A DNA stretch of 64,000 bases, taken from Trichoplax adhaerens. Taxonomy: Eukaryota > Animalia > Placozoa. Of this stretch, positions 25,610 through 40,100 are shown piece by piece. The position numbers were made by a program, and so were the translations under genes. Position 1 is the stretch's first letter. Every line of letters begins with the position of its first letter. Below the pieces are notes generated by a model, which saw nothing but the letters and a program-made list of their open reading frames with translations, was not told the origin of the DNA and ran no database searches. The DNA lies in assembly GCF_000150275.1 (NCBI RefSeq), contig NW_002060943.1:9952209-10016208 (forward strand), read 5' to 3'.

Positions 25610-26420
25610 ATTCTACTATACAGTACAGTACAGTACGGTACTAATGAAATCGTATATCATACTGCACAAAATCAACTTAACAGCGTGTTAGCATTAGCAA
25701 CTGGATGTCTATCGCAGATATGAATTTGCTATACAATTACTGTATTTTCTCAACTACTCATCAAACCGAAATACAGTACAGTACGGTACTGTCAGTACTG
25801 TACTGTACTGTACTGTACACTGTAGTGTACAGTACTATTGCAAGATCTACTGCACCGTACCGTACTGTACGGTACTGTCTATAAACGCGAATAACTACTA
25901 ACTAAAATGGTCCATAGCAGTACTGTACTCACTATTCAGTGTACAGTACAGTACAGTACAGTAATAAAAAAACAGTACTGTGCTTTGATTTATTTTTTCT
26001 ACTCAGCTCAGCCCATGCCTTCGTCATTGTACAGTACAGTAGTGTCACAGTATGAAGTACTGTATACAGTACTTAGTGTTGCTACATTCATTCTGTAACC
26101 ACATGTTACACTGCTCCGTCGGTACTGGTCTGTACTGTATAGTGTATAGTGTACAGACATACACTTACTGCACGTATACGGTAATGGGTAAGGCCCGTGA
26201 GGATATGGAATATGCAAATGTAAAGTTAGCGTACTGTACAGTGTACAGTACAATACAGTGTACATCTATCATGAAAGAAATTTTTGAACTATTGTACAGA
26301 AATCTATAGTTTGATAATAATATAATAGGGGCTTCAGTATAGGAATTTCCTCATGGAAGTAGCTATCGCCGGCAGAATACTGTACAGTACACTGTACAGC
26401 ATACAGTATACTGTACAGTA
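25610..26420. repeat. (TACAG/TACTG)n array between the RPL18A start and the inferred RhoA first exon
   Basis: tacagtacagtacagtacggta and cagtactgtactgtactgtactgtacactgta; source of the spurious 'YCTVQYSTV' ORFs. Confidence 0.9.
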
Positions 26421-27989
26421 CGGATCGAAGCATCATTGCTGATACAGCACCGTACGCTTTAGAAATCGTATCAATATAATGACCACCCTCTAATGAATAT
26501 TGAGGTGTGGTTTTTGAGGCGCATTTTGTGTACGTTACAACCGTACTGATCATCAGTACCGTTTCGAGAATCGAAGGTTTTTACAGTTAATAAAGCAAGT
26601 GCTAGTAGACAGCAGACTTCCTTTTTCTTGATTAATTTCAACCCTATTATCTTCTAGACATGTAAGTACTTCGACGAATATTGTATTAATTATGTTTGGA
26701 TGCCAGTATAGAGATTAAAAGTTTCTTTCTAAATTTCCTAAACTGCTTATTTTTCGTATATGCTTTTGTAGCATGAAGCGAAGTGTTTGCTTAGTAAAAA
26801 AATAAAAGTACAGTATTGTACTGCACTTCAAGTGAAAGTACCAAGTGTTAAGTTTACTGTCAGTAATGTAGAGAAGTACCTTCTATGAAATTGGTAAGAC
26901 GACCTTATGTACCCGTATTATGCAATGCCATTCGTTATCTGTGTGCTAAAATTTTTAGTAATTACTTTTACTTTAGTGTAGTTGGCCTTATTTAAAAGTT
27001 ACGCGTCCTATATATTTATGGGGTACTTATCATAGTAGCAGTAACTAACAGCCAGTAAGATCTGAATTTTTTCTTGGAAATTACGGTACAGCGTAGTTAC
27101 GCTGTGAAAGTCCACTGCATAATATCCATTTTTAGTCGTGTATTAAGATTAATACGGCAGCAAGTTGTCTTTACTTGTCTATCATTGCAGCAACCGTATC
27201 GCTCATTCAAGTATCCCCTATTGATATGCCACATCTTGTCATTTTATGTGTACACTTTATACAGTATACTGCAACGCATACAATACATTGCGTGTAAGAG
27301 CAACTGTTGTACCGTACAGTATAATTATTTAGTTATTATAATCAATCGAAAAACTACGGCACAGTACTGTACTGTGTATGGTTGTATTGTAGATAGTAAA
27401 ATTTAAAGCATGAAACGATTAGAGATAAATTTATTTACGTCACCGATTTACACTAGTTGTGAGCTTTTCTGGTAGCTACTTGCGTGGTACTGTAGCTGGA
27501 AAATCTTTAATTAATTAAAAACTAAATCTTTGGTAACCCTTGAATATTTTACTCCGCGCTGTAGACTCATGTGGTGCGATGCGGATTACTGTACTGTGAT
27601 AGGGCTTGTGGCTTTTTTCAAATATTTGAACTAGATTTCATACTATTTCGTCGTGTTCATCATATTTATAGTACGTAGATTGCTTAAAGAGTTTACTGCT
27701 ATTAATCATCATAAATAATATAATTGGTTATATGTAACAATCGTGGACATTAGGAGTTCAACGTGAACTTGACTAATTACCCGGGAGCTCGACCTCGGGG
27801 GAGATTCAGCCTTAAGATCTGTAAGAGAGTTTTCCGCACAGAACTATACTGTACGTACGTATTGAGTCGTGTTCATGACTTCTGACTGTAGTTACTACCT
27901 TTATTAGTTATTAAGATCCGGTGTCGAGACTGCCCTAGATAGGTGTTTAATTAACTTAATACAGTAGGGATTTCCTCGGCGAAAACATG

Positions 27990-28270
27990 CGCTCCACACG
28001 AACGTATACAGTACAGTACTGTACTTACAGTGCTCATCGGTCCCATTCCATGAATCTAGCTACTAGCAGAGTTTGTACTGTACAGTACAGTACTATAAAG
28101 AAAGAAAAAAAGCATGCTGTACTGTACACAGTGTACAGTACAGTACAGTATGCCATTGACAACCAGTATAACAGTACAGTAACACACTGTACTGTACTGA
28201 ACTGTACTTTTCTAAGTCACCATCGAGTTCATGCTGCAGGCAGACAGTATACTGTCCAGTACTGTAGTAC
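27990..28270. repeat. (TACAG/TACTG)n array in the RhoA 5' region
   Basis: tacagtacagtactgtac and gtactgtacacagtgtacagtacagtacagta. Confidence 0.85.
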
Positions 28271-30434
28271 AGATGTTTGTTTCGTTGTTGCGCAATGCCA
28301 TGATGATGAATCACGAAATCACTATCTTGATGCTAACAGAGACCCTACCCAGAGATCTGATATACCGTAAATACGTGTAGTTATGAAATTAATTTGAATA
28401 ACACAACACTAATGTCCTAGATTAAATAGAGACCATAAGTACTTACTATTATAATTAGGATTAGAGCCAAAGTAATTACGAATTCATCTTTGATCTAGTT
28501 TAAAATATGTTACTGTATGAGCTGTACAGTATAGAAATTGCCATCAAACTGAAGACGCAATTTTTAATTCATAACCACTTTTACATACTCGTAGGTTACA
28601 ATACTATACTGTAGATTGTACACTCACACTCCGCAAACTGACGCTGCAGATTGTATAAGATTAATGTTAGGCAAGTCTATAGTGTTTCAATTTTACTGAC
28701 AGCGCTGATGTAATATACTTCATTTCTGTTTTGAACTCTACTACCTTATTACATATTACGTTGCTTAATCACATATTCACATAGACTATTCGAAAAGTCC
28801 GTACTCTACTGTGCTATGTAGTAACGTTAATGCATCTCTAATCGTAATCCATGGTCTATAGATTGCTGTGTTTATTGTATTGTGGGTATTAATAAAGCGT
28901 GATAGGTTCATCGTTTCTTTTTATTTATGGGAGACGCTTACTATTCACCGTAGGATAAAACTTGCACAGTATGATATTTTTTCGATCTTATAATACCTTC
29001 ACTCGATATAATTTTTAAATAATGAATATTCATTAGTGACAACTGAAGATTGTATATAGAGGTGATCTGTAAGGATCAGAATGAATCAACATGCATTAGT
29101 AATAGACCGAAAAACTTCACATGACAATATTTGTTAATGATGTAATATAAACTGATTTGATAATAATCAAAATTCATTTCTTATTTTGTGGTGACTGTGT
29201 TACAGTACTTTATGATTATCGTTGTAATAGCTTACTAGCATTTGTTGAGTAATTTAATTGAGTCTTTATAAGTCGATAATAATAATCAGATGAGAATCTT
29301 TAGCCTAAATTTACGACTACATGACTACCCAAATACTTTGGTTAGTGCATTATATCAGTTATCCAAATAATACCGATTTCTTTTTACGATGATGTCCACG
29401 CTTATATTACAGTGGTAACTGTAGGACGTTTTGATAATAATATTTACATACTAGATTCATAGCCTATATCGTCAGAGACAAATCACGAATATCGAATTTC
29501 CGTAGAAATTGCTTGTGTAATCTCAACAAAGTTGATTATTTTAAGATTAGGACGCACAGTATGTTTGAAGTGCCTTGCAGCTTTCGATTAATAAATTTAC
29601 ATTGAACTATAGTACCTTTTATTTCATTAAATTCGTGCAGTGTGCTTTAGTGTTTTGTTGTTATACGTACACTGTAGTGTCAACTTTTGTTTTAATGCAT
29701 TAATTTAAATTAAGATGCTCGGTTAATAATAATACTCAAATTTTGTTAAGATACGTTTATACGATGTTGCTAATTTAATATCATGCTTGGACAGTTGGAC
29801 TTTGTTATAGTCTATTAGTTTAAATTTATGACTGAGGAGGTTAGAGTTGCATTTAAGATTTATTACAAAAATTAGGCTGTGCGCAGAAATGACATTTCAA
29901 TTATTGTTATACTGGATGGCATCATTTTCTCGAATTGTCTGTTAGCTTTGTGATTTCTTTTACGTCTATGTCATCGTGAGCCTCAGTTTTGGTTTTGAAC
30001 TTCGATTTTGTAGCTCGATAATGCGACAAGACTTTAGGCTCATCTGCCAGCCTAACATTTCATGTCTGACTGTAACCTGCTTCGTAACACTCGTAGATAT
30101 GTGCACGTATATGCGTACTGAGACCTATTGTCAATATCCTTGATATTGTTACGAAACTAATTTCCGTACATTACGTAGATCTTTTCAATTAGATCAAAAG
30201 AACGAGGATTGTTAATAATTCGAATACAGGAAGTGTGCTTTTGTTCACCAGATAAACATGTTATTGATTACCTTTGATAATCTTCTATCATTGACTTAAC
30301 TTATTCACTGGAATTAACTATAGTGTTAGCTTAAACTTCCTTAATGATATACTTGATAATGTAGTAACTATTAATTTCAGACGAAGTTAAATAACTGCCT
30401 ATAACTGCGAATCTCTGTCTTGTTTTGCTTGTAG

Positions 30435-31043
<609 letters not shown>

Positions 31044-34000
31044 TTCGATAATCTACTGCTTCTGTGTATAGGTACAGTTACAATAATACGATAAAAAGGT
31101 GTTTGCAACTTCTATCACAGTACTAATTCCATTAAGATATACTACGGCTAGGTTGATATAGTATGATTTAATACTTTGAGTTGGTCATGACATTATTGCG
31201 TTCCTTTGACTTTTACTACATTTATCACGTAATTAAACTTTAAACAGCATAATTGTTGCGTTGATAATGATATCGCCTTTACATGTTAAAGAGGTACCAG
31301 TAATCTTGTATACACTACAAAAAGATACCTGGTTATTGAATGCGAAGCTTTCGTAACGGAAAATTTCCAGGTGTTTAGATGAGGAAATATTCTTTGTACT
31401 GATCGTGAAATTATGACTTGCAATCTATTTAGCTGTTACAGTCAGGTTATTCCTAGACACAGTCTTGGAAAGAAAGCAACTATGCATAATTTTCAAAGTC
31501 TATTTGTAATCAGCCTTTAGTTATTTTAAGATTGAGAACCCTGTTTGGTATATGTAAGTAAAATGCAGTACAATTATTATTCGATCGTAACAATTTTCAT
31601 TATCGATTAATCATCACTGATTCATATAATTACCGTAGGATAAGTTTCGTTAATAGTGCCGCCTAATTATTCTCCCTGGCTAATTCAGTAAGCATGGTAT
31701 AGCCATGGTTATTTACTTACATACTGTATTAAGCGTACATTCCTGTAGCTGCTTGTCTTCATGGCATATCAATATTTTTTCTGTGACCAGTACTTTGATG
31801 TGTATCATCGTTAATAGATTGCTGTCTGTGGTTAATAAATGATAACTTGTTGTAGTAGCTATATTGAAACAAACTGAAGCATTGATAGGATTTTAAGTTT
31901 CATACCGCTCATACGTACTACGAAGTTAAATGTTTATATTAGTGATTTTTAAGATCTTTGAATACTTATCTAACTATGCAGGTAAAACTGTATCATAATC
32001 CTAACCGCATCAACCTGTTCTCCGTGGTAAAGCATAAGTAACTATCGGACAGTTTTGAACAACAATCATTTCATCAATTGCAGAGAACTCTATTATTGAA
32101 CCAAGTCATACAAAACTGCCATCAATTACATCTATTTATTGCACTGCAGATTCATTTTTTTCATACCGTAGTAGATGTTTACGAATGAAGAAACTGCAAG
32201 TTAAGTTTAATAAGTTAATTCGAGGCACAGTATACGATGATCAAGGATAATGAGCAAATTGGTCACAGAACTGCAGTCGACTGTTAGATTTACGTCAGAT
32301 CGAGATCTAGCAACAAAATGCTGACATCCTTTTTGGCCATCCCATATTGCAACAAGATGATCTTTACATGACACAGTAGTGTATCCGCACACGTTTTACA
32401 GTACTTATCGGATTAAATTGAAAATTAAAGCATCAACAAATAAAAGTGTTAACAAGCGGATAACAGATGCATGCTTTAGCATGCAAAGATACTCGTACAG
32501 TATTTCACCAATATTCATATATTTAATGTATACTAGTGAAGGCATGTCACTGGGTCTTTGAAGAAAGCCAATAAATCGTCTCAATTACGCGTATATGAGA
32601 TGATTCACGTATAAGCCTAACTATTCTAGTCATGAATACAATTTATCAAGCTCAACGATACGAAAAGCTGAGGTAATCAATCATAATAACAGGTATAGTA
32701 TACTGGATGTGATCTGTGTATTCTGTATAGTTTACATTTTGATCATTATCCTTTAATAGGTAAGAGAAAGGACCATTAATGAATTAATAGATCGGTAAAG
32801 TGATCGACGGAGTTTATAGTATCACTCGCAGTAGTTTCCAGAATGAGAATGCAACATATTTATTCAAATGCCGACATTTTAAAGAAGTTACCATACTACC
32901 TTTATCATAACAGTGCCACCATAGGCTGGCGTAAATCATACAACAGAATGCGAGTAGTACAATGTACAGTAAATACGCACTAGTATCTTTCAATTACTGT
33001 ACACGTATATCTTAAATTTATCTGTATCATTTTGGTAAATTATTCCTACAGTATAGCATTTGCTTACTATATATCCATTACCATATAGTTTCTATTACGT
33101 AATTTGGTGCATGTAGAGGCTAAACTTTCCGTAGTCCCCGTAAACACTAACTGGAATTGGCGTCATTAAATGTACTCTGTTTATTCGTATGAGGTTACAT
33201 AAAACTTAATAGTATGTATTGGTAAAGCTACCGCAAACCACTCCATGAAAAGAACATGTAAGTACCAACTACATTGCTTACAAGATACAAGGAAATAGCA
33301 TAAAATACAGTCCCTAAAATTTAAAACATTTGGAAAAGAATACTATACCGGACCGTATAAGATAATTTCAGCGAGTACAGGCATAAAGTATAATTAATTT
33401 ATGATTAGTAACACACTTTTGAAATTTCATATACAGGTGCTCTAACGATACAGTTTCAGAATGGCCCAAATGTTAATTGATTTTAACCAAAATACCATCA
33501 GCTTATAACTCTATGTTACAACAGCGCTGTTACAGTCAGCAAAATAAATATTTTCTCATATGGGTAAGCTTCACGATGCTAAGATATACTTCAGTTACAT
33601 GATAGCGATTTCAAATTTAGTATTTAACTAGCTTACATGAGGACGATATATACAATAAAATTGATAATTTAAGTATGCGAAAATAGATACCTTAATTAGC
33701 ATGAAAGACAAAGGTTCATGAAACTAGTATAATCCTTTGTAATTGAGTAATGCAGCTTAATTGCCGTTTTAAAAGAATAACATAACAGAGATTGAAATTT
33801 AATTTTCTATCTGCTTTTAAACATGTGACGTGATGAAAGTTCTCAATAACCTGGCTCATTTGACAATGAAGAATCGTATACAAACTATGTAGTTGTACAA
33901 TTCCTTTGAAACAAATCATTAAGTACCATAAAAAGGACAAAATATACGATTAGCAAATTTATGCAAATTCTAGAAAAACATCTGCTATCATTTGAAATAG

Positions 34001-34124
34001 ATAGAGCATTTACAGAATAGAATATAGTTCAATGAACAATATTTTACCCAAAATTTAAAATATGCTTACTTGTTATGACAACCTAAGATTAATATACAGT
34101 AAAATCATAGCAATTACCCAGGTC

Positions 34125-37100
34125 TTAACTGCGTGGTATTACAAGGACATCTTTAAATTTTCTTAAAACCTCTTTTAAATTCAGTCTAACGTTTTCTGAC
34201 TTACAAGTTATGCAGTCAACCAATGTGGGATATAGAGCAACTACTCGTATCCAGATATTTTCATAAACTAGAATCATAAGTAGTATTCAATTACGAAATC
34301 ATCAAATCACCCATACAATAACGTATATAAGACCTAACCGATGTCTCGAGAATTGTCTTTAGAGTCTATTAAGGTAGTCATTAACGTTGAGATAGCTTTC
34401 ATAACAAGTAAAACTTCGGCCATGCGCAAGCTAAACACATTTACGAAATTAGTAACAATAGATAGTAAGCTTAAGAGAAGGAATATATTTACTACTTTGG
34501 TAAAGGGTAAGAACCACTAAGGCGTTCATCGATATTGTATTTCTTCAGTACTTCCAAACATCTTTCAAGCATTGATGTAATGGCCAAACTTGAAAGATCT
34601 AGGATTCAATAATAGTCGATGAATAGTCGTTTTCTACTAAAGTAGCAACAATAAAGAGTTATTACCTTCCCTATGTTTGGTATAAATGTATTTATCCTTT
34701 GATAAAGAAAACGACAATAACGTTTCGAAACACGCTTGTGCAAATCTTTCTCTCAAAGGTAAATTGTTATCACTAAGATCTGAAATTGGAATTTGAATGT
34801 GGCAAAATTAGAGAATTAGGTTTACAAGTCAGAGTGAAAGATGACGGATCTTAACCTTGAAATACCGCAGACGCAGCCGAGTGAATAGACCCACGTTTAA
34901 GTAGACTCATGGTTCGGTTTAAAAATTCGTAAGGTAACATATGGGCATGAGACAAAATTTTATCTCTCAGCAGCGCTATTATCTATGGATTTATTCATTA
35001 AATTATTAGTATGAAATAGTTAGAATCATAAGCTAACGTGTATTAATAAAGCTACCAGGGTACGATCAAGCATCCATTACAATAGCCCAGATCTAACCTT
35101 TATATCCATTTCTTCGTGTGATATATACTCACTAACTGACAATGAAGGAGGCGGAGGGCTATGATTTTAGAGAGAATGTAACATATATCAAGGTTAACAT
35201 TATACTATACACAAGAATATCTAAATTGCTAATAAATATGTATAACATCCTTTGACATACTGGGCCGAAAACAAAAAGCTCTCGAACGTGTTTATTAACT
35301 CTAACCACATATCATCAAAAATCTCCGTGAGTTCATCTAGAAAAGCAGTATTGATATCAGCATATGCTTATTTGTATAGCAATCAAAGAATAAAAAAACA
35401 TAACATTACAAAAATCCTAATATCTTTAATGTTTCATGTAACCTTTCTCTAACTCGTTTTGTGTAGCAATCAGGCCAATCTCTAGTATTTCATGTAAGGA
35501 TTGAAATGCCAATCTCCACGTAGATTGAGACGAACAACCGTACTTTAAACCCAAAGGGATACCTAGCGACTAATAAAAAGATCAACATTAGTGAAATCAA
35601 AATTTAACCGAAAAACTACTATAACATACCTTAATTATTTGTTTCAGCACGCCTCCTTTTATCACTGTAGCATCATATGCGGTTGCCTTGTACATATTAA
35701 CTGTAATTTTTATACACAATTCTGCAAAAGGAACACAATTTACTACCGATAGGCCAGCCGGAATATTTTTTGCTTGAGCATCTGATTCGAAAAATATTGG
35801 AGGTTTAGGAGGGAGGGAAGCAAGTTCAGTAAATCGTAGAAGTTCCGTAAATAATGTAGGATACATCAAAGATCTTCCTTTTTGACAAGAGTTAATGGCG
35901 TTTAATGTAGATGAGTCTATATCGCCGTAAGGCAAGTTACACAAGCAATTGATGCCATTAATGATGATTTCTTGTAAAGGTGTTATAGAATCTTTATTGG
36001 CGCTACTTAGCACAAAAGGCAGATTGTCAGGTGTGACAGGGATCCGTACTGCATCATATAAAATATTCATAGTCTGCTGAATATCATTTGTTACAAATCG
36101 TGCGCCAATATGAACATATAATGATGGAAATGCTCTTAGGAAAGTTACGAGAAACGTTTGAGACGGCAAGAAATCATTTATTTTGTTTTTATGATTTGAT
36201 AAAAGTTCTCCTGATAATTTCGTTGACCCTCTGCCTATATTACACCATACACGCCAAACGTTTGACCAAATACTAACATATCTACTATCAGTTTCTGAAG
36301 TTTGTACACCCTGGTGTGGTCTGCTCCCTTCAGATATACTTTCTAAGTTAAAAATATCTTGAAAGCATTTCAGCGAGGCCAAAGATACTTCACTGTTGGT
36401 GTTCATAGCAGAACTTTCTATATGTTCTAAAAGCAAAACCCATGCACGTTGAAATTCCGTCATTTTAGCAAAAATTTGATTATGTTCGTTAAAGACACGG
36501 GTAACACCAGCTAACGTCAAAACCTGAGTTTCTGCCCATTGCTTTTCCACGGTGTCTCTTGAATGATGTATAAGAATTCCAGCTTCGGAAGTATCAGCCT
36601 TAATATTTGCTGCCATATGAGAGGAACTGTTAACATTATCTAACAGTGGAAATAAAACTTGCCAAAGCACAGTATGCCACACCATAGCATCAAGTAGGCC
36701 TCCGTGAGCACTCATCATGGAAAATAAGGTTTGGGCGGCACTTTTTCGGATCGCCGGCCTAGTATCCACACATAAATCCGCTAAACATGAAAATAATTTC
36801 ACCCAGAGAATGTCATCAATACTGCAGTTCGATTTAGTTGTTTCCGCTATGCTTTCTTTTAGCTCCGACTTAATTGCGTCGTAATTACTGCAAATATAGT
36901 CAGCGATATTCCAAAGTAAACCTATTGAAGTTAAACTTAAATTTAAGTCTTGGTGTTGAGTACCAAATTTACTAGCAACAATAATACAATCAGGCAGGCA
37001 TTTGAATGACATCGTCGGTAAAAAGTCTGTAATGACAAGTTGTAAACACTGAAAAGCAGTTCGGATCAGAACTTCTCCCTGTTTATCAGTAATTGTACCA

Positions 37101-40100
37101 ATAATTCTTAGAATTGTTAACCAGGAGGTTTTAATAGAATTCCCAAAAGTATTCAATAATTGTAATAATGATGATAGTTGAACTTGCCTTACATCTGAAA
37201 AAGTAATGGACGACATTTTTTCTAACGTAGTAAATAAAATTTCTTCTACTATAACATTCTCATCGCTTTTTAGCACTTCTAAAGCACTCCTAACAAGACT
37301 TGCTAAAGACTCACAAGCAAAATTTCTCATCTGATTGATATTATGGTTACTGATCTGTAGTAAATGATCACTGCATTTATCCCAGTATACATGTGATCTT
37401 TTAATGTTAACCAAAGTAGTTTCAAGTAATTTTGCCAAAGCAAATAAGCATGGTTCACGCTTATTCAAGGCAGCATCTATGTTATATAGGGATAGATTTG
37501 TTAAAGCTTCGATCAGATCCAATAACGCTTCGTCGGATAAATACTGCGAGCTTTCAAATAATCTTGACAGCATCGTTGCAACAATAGGCACCTCTCCTGC
37601 AACCGAAGCCGATACTAGTACGGTCATACTGTCAGGTCCTCTAGGGTTAACTAAACTCCCGGTCTTTGTTGGCGTAAGCCCAAGAATCAGTGTCAGATTT
37701 TGCAAAGTAGATAGTACTAGTTGCCAAGCCGTCGATAAAATATTCCCATGGCAGTGTGCAATGCTAAGTAAGGCTCGCATACATTGCATGTTCTTGACTG
37801 TCAACTATTAAACATAATTTTCTGTTATACGGCGCATTACTAGTTATCACCATAGAAATATTTAATCTATTAATAATGACCCTACCGTTACCGATCCTGC
37901 TGTAGTCGGGCTACTTATTCCGGACTGAAGTAATGACGTTCGAGATGACATCCGAGTTGAAGAGTTACCATCACTATGTTAGTATAAGATTTTGTAATAA
38001 TATTTAGAGTAAAGACATAAATGTTGTCAAATGCTAGATACACGTTCTCTGTTTAATTTCTAACCTATCAATGTGCATCAAAGATGCATCAGCTACCCAA
38101 GTCTTTCCGCTATCGAATGATTTAGTTAGTGCATAATGAGGAGGTAGAGATGCCTTACATAATGCAGTAATAAAAGCATCACGCGGCATTGCTAATTGAA
38201 GAAGGCCACACATGCTTGTGTATTGTTGAAAGCCTTTTAATAAAGCTTCTGTTGTGCCTTCATCAGTACTGTACGAAGTAATCATCAATAACAAGTTGTT
38301 AAATATAACTTTGATCTTATTATCGAAAATTTGCTAACTTATTTCTTAATCAGCTATCGCTAACAATAAGTACGTGGATCAGAGTAATAAGGCAGTCCTA
38401 AACAGTAAACAGTGTTGTTCTTCACACTCGTAAATGGATATCGACCCACATTCATTCGCATCTAAGCAATATCTGCCCAAGTAAGGATGCTTATCTTTTA
38501 CTATCCTTTTACAGTAGGAGTACTACTGGGTACTGAATTATCCACAATAAATTCATCACGAAATTTCTCTATGAAAATTATTCCATGAATATATAGTATA
38601 TACGATAGATCTGATATCTTTACCTTGCATCTAGTAAAAGTGACATTGCAGCCAGTAGACCACACCAAGAAGAGGTAATCATTTTCTTCCACAGTTTCTG
38701 GTCGGCATTCACTGATGAACACATGTTGAAAAATTTTCACAGATTAGTACAAACAATGAAATGATACCCTTTGGAATAGCGATATCATATATATGTATAC
38801 AAATTCTGAATTAAATACCATCCTCCTGAGAATCCGCTAATCGGTAAATACCAGTTAGAGTTCCAGCATCTGCCGAAGCTTCCATTTCAGACGGAGAACT
38901 GCGCACGTCATGGCACATAAGCAGAGTTAAGCTTTTAATTATATCCAACAATGACGAAAAAGCTATTGTAAGGGTGTACCCATCCATTATTGCAGGTGCT
39001 TCAGTTTTATCTAACATATCCAAACTGATAAAATTCATAGTACACATTATATTCTTCAAAACATTAAATTTGGATTGTAATTTATAATTCAGTCATTTTT
39101 CTTACTAAACGGGCTTTGCAATGCCTGGAAGAGGGCGGATATTTAATGGTATCCACAACCCTCGGTAAAGAAATCCACCTTGTTGTGTAGAATTACCAAC
39201 AGATGATGTAGGACTGTTACTTACTGCCTGAGAGACATTTACAACTACAGCACCGCTGGGACCAGATATACTCGACGAATTAGATGATCCATTAAATACT
39301 GACTGAATAAAACCACCTAGAGCATTTACAATGTCCTTAAAAATCTTTGTAGAATGCTCTTGCATATCATAAAATTCGCAGAATGATCTAAAACGAACAA
39401 ACGAAGATTATGTCTATAGAGCCAAATTATAATGTCGTACGTACGAAACTTTATACATGACTTAGGTTTAACAAAAAATTTAATTAATCACTTGTATTAC
39501 AATAAATGCACGTACCGTAATAATTGCTCCTGTATGCAAAATGTATGTAAAACTTCAATTGCTAAAGTTCGCTGCCATAGCGGCTTATCCATATCAAGGA
39601 ACTTGATCAGAATTGAAAGAAAAATCTCACATTCGGTCACCTAAAATTAATTTAGATATCTCAAATAGGTGCAGTAAATACAAAGTAAAATTTGAAAGTT
39701 ACAATTGTACGTTACTAACCAGTAGCATATAGAATTCCTTGATTAAAACAGATACCATTCGCAATAGCCTGACACAAATTGCAAAGGACGGCCGTTCTAC
39801 TGCCAGCGAAGGCGGTTGCGAAGCTTGTCGATATTTTATACTGGGGGAGAATAGCTTTATTACTAGAGAGCAGATTCTTTCTTTCAAAAGAAAACTAAAT
39901 TCGGGATGCTGAAAAGATATCATTATGAAATCAATTTAATTTTATTATGGATATGAAATTAATATATTTTAAAAAGGTAAATAACGTGGAACTCAACTCA
40001 CAGTTAAAAAAATTTGGGGGTTTTGCATTAGAGTTGATTCAAGTAATTCCAAGCCAAAAGCTTTTATCATTTCTGATAGCCCAATGGCCCAAATTGGAGG

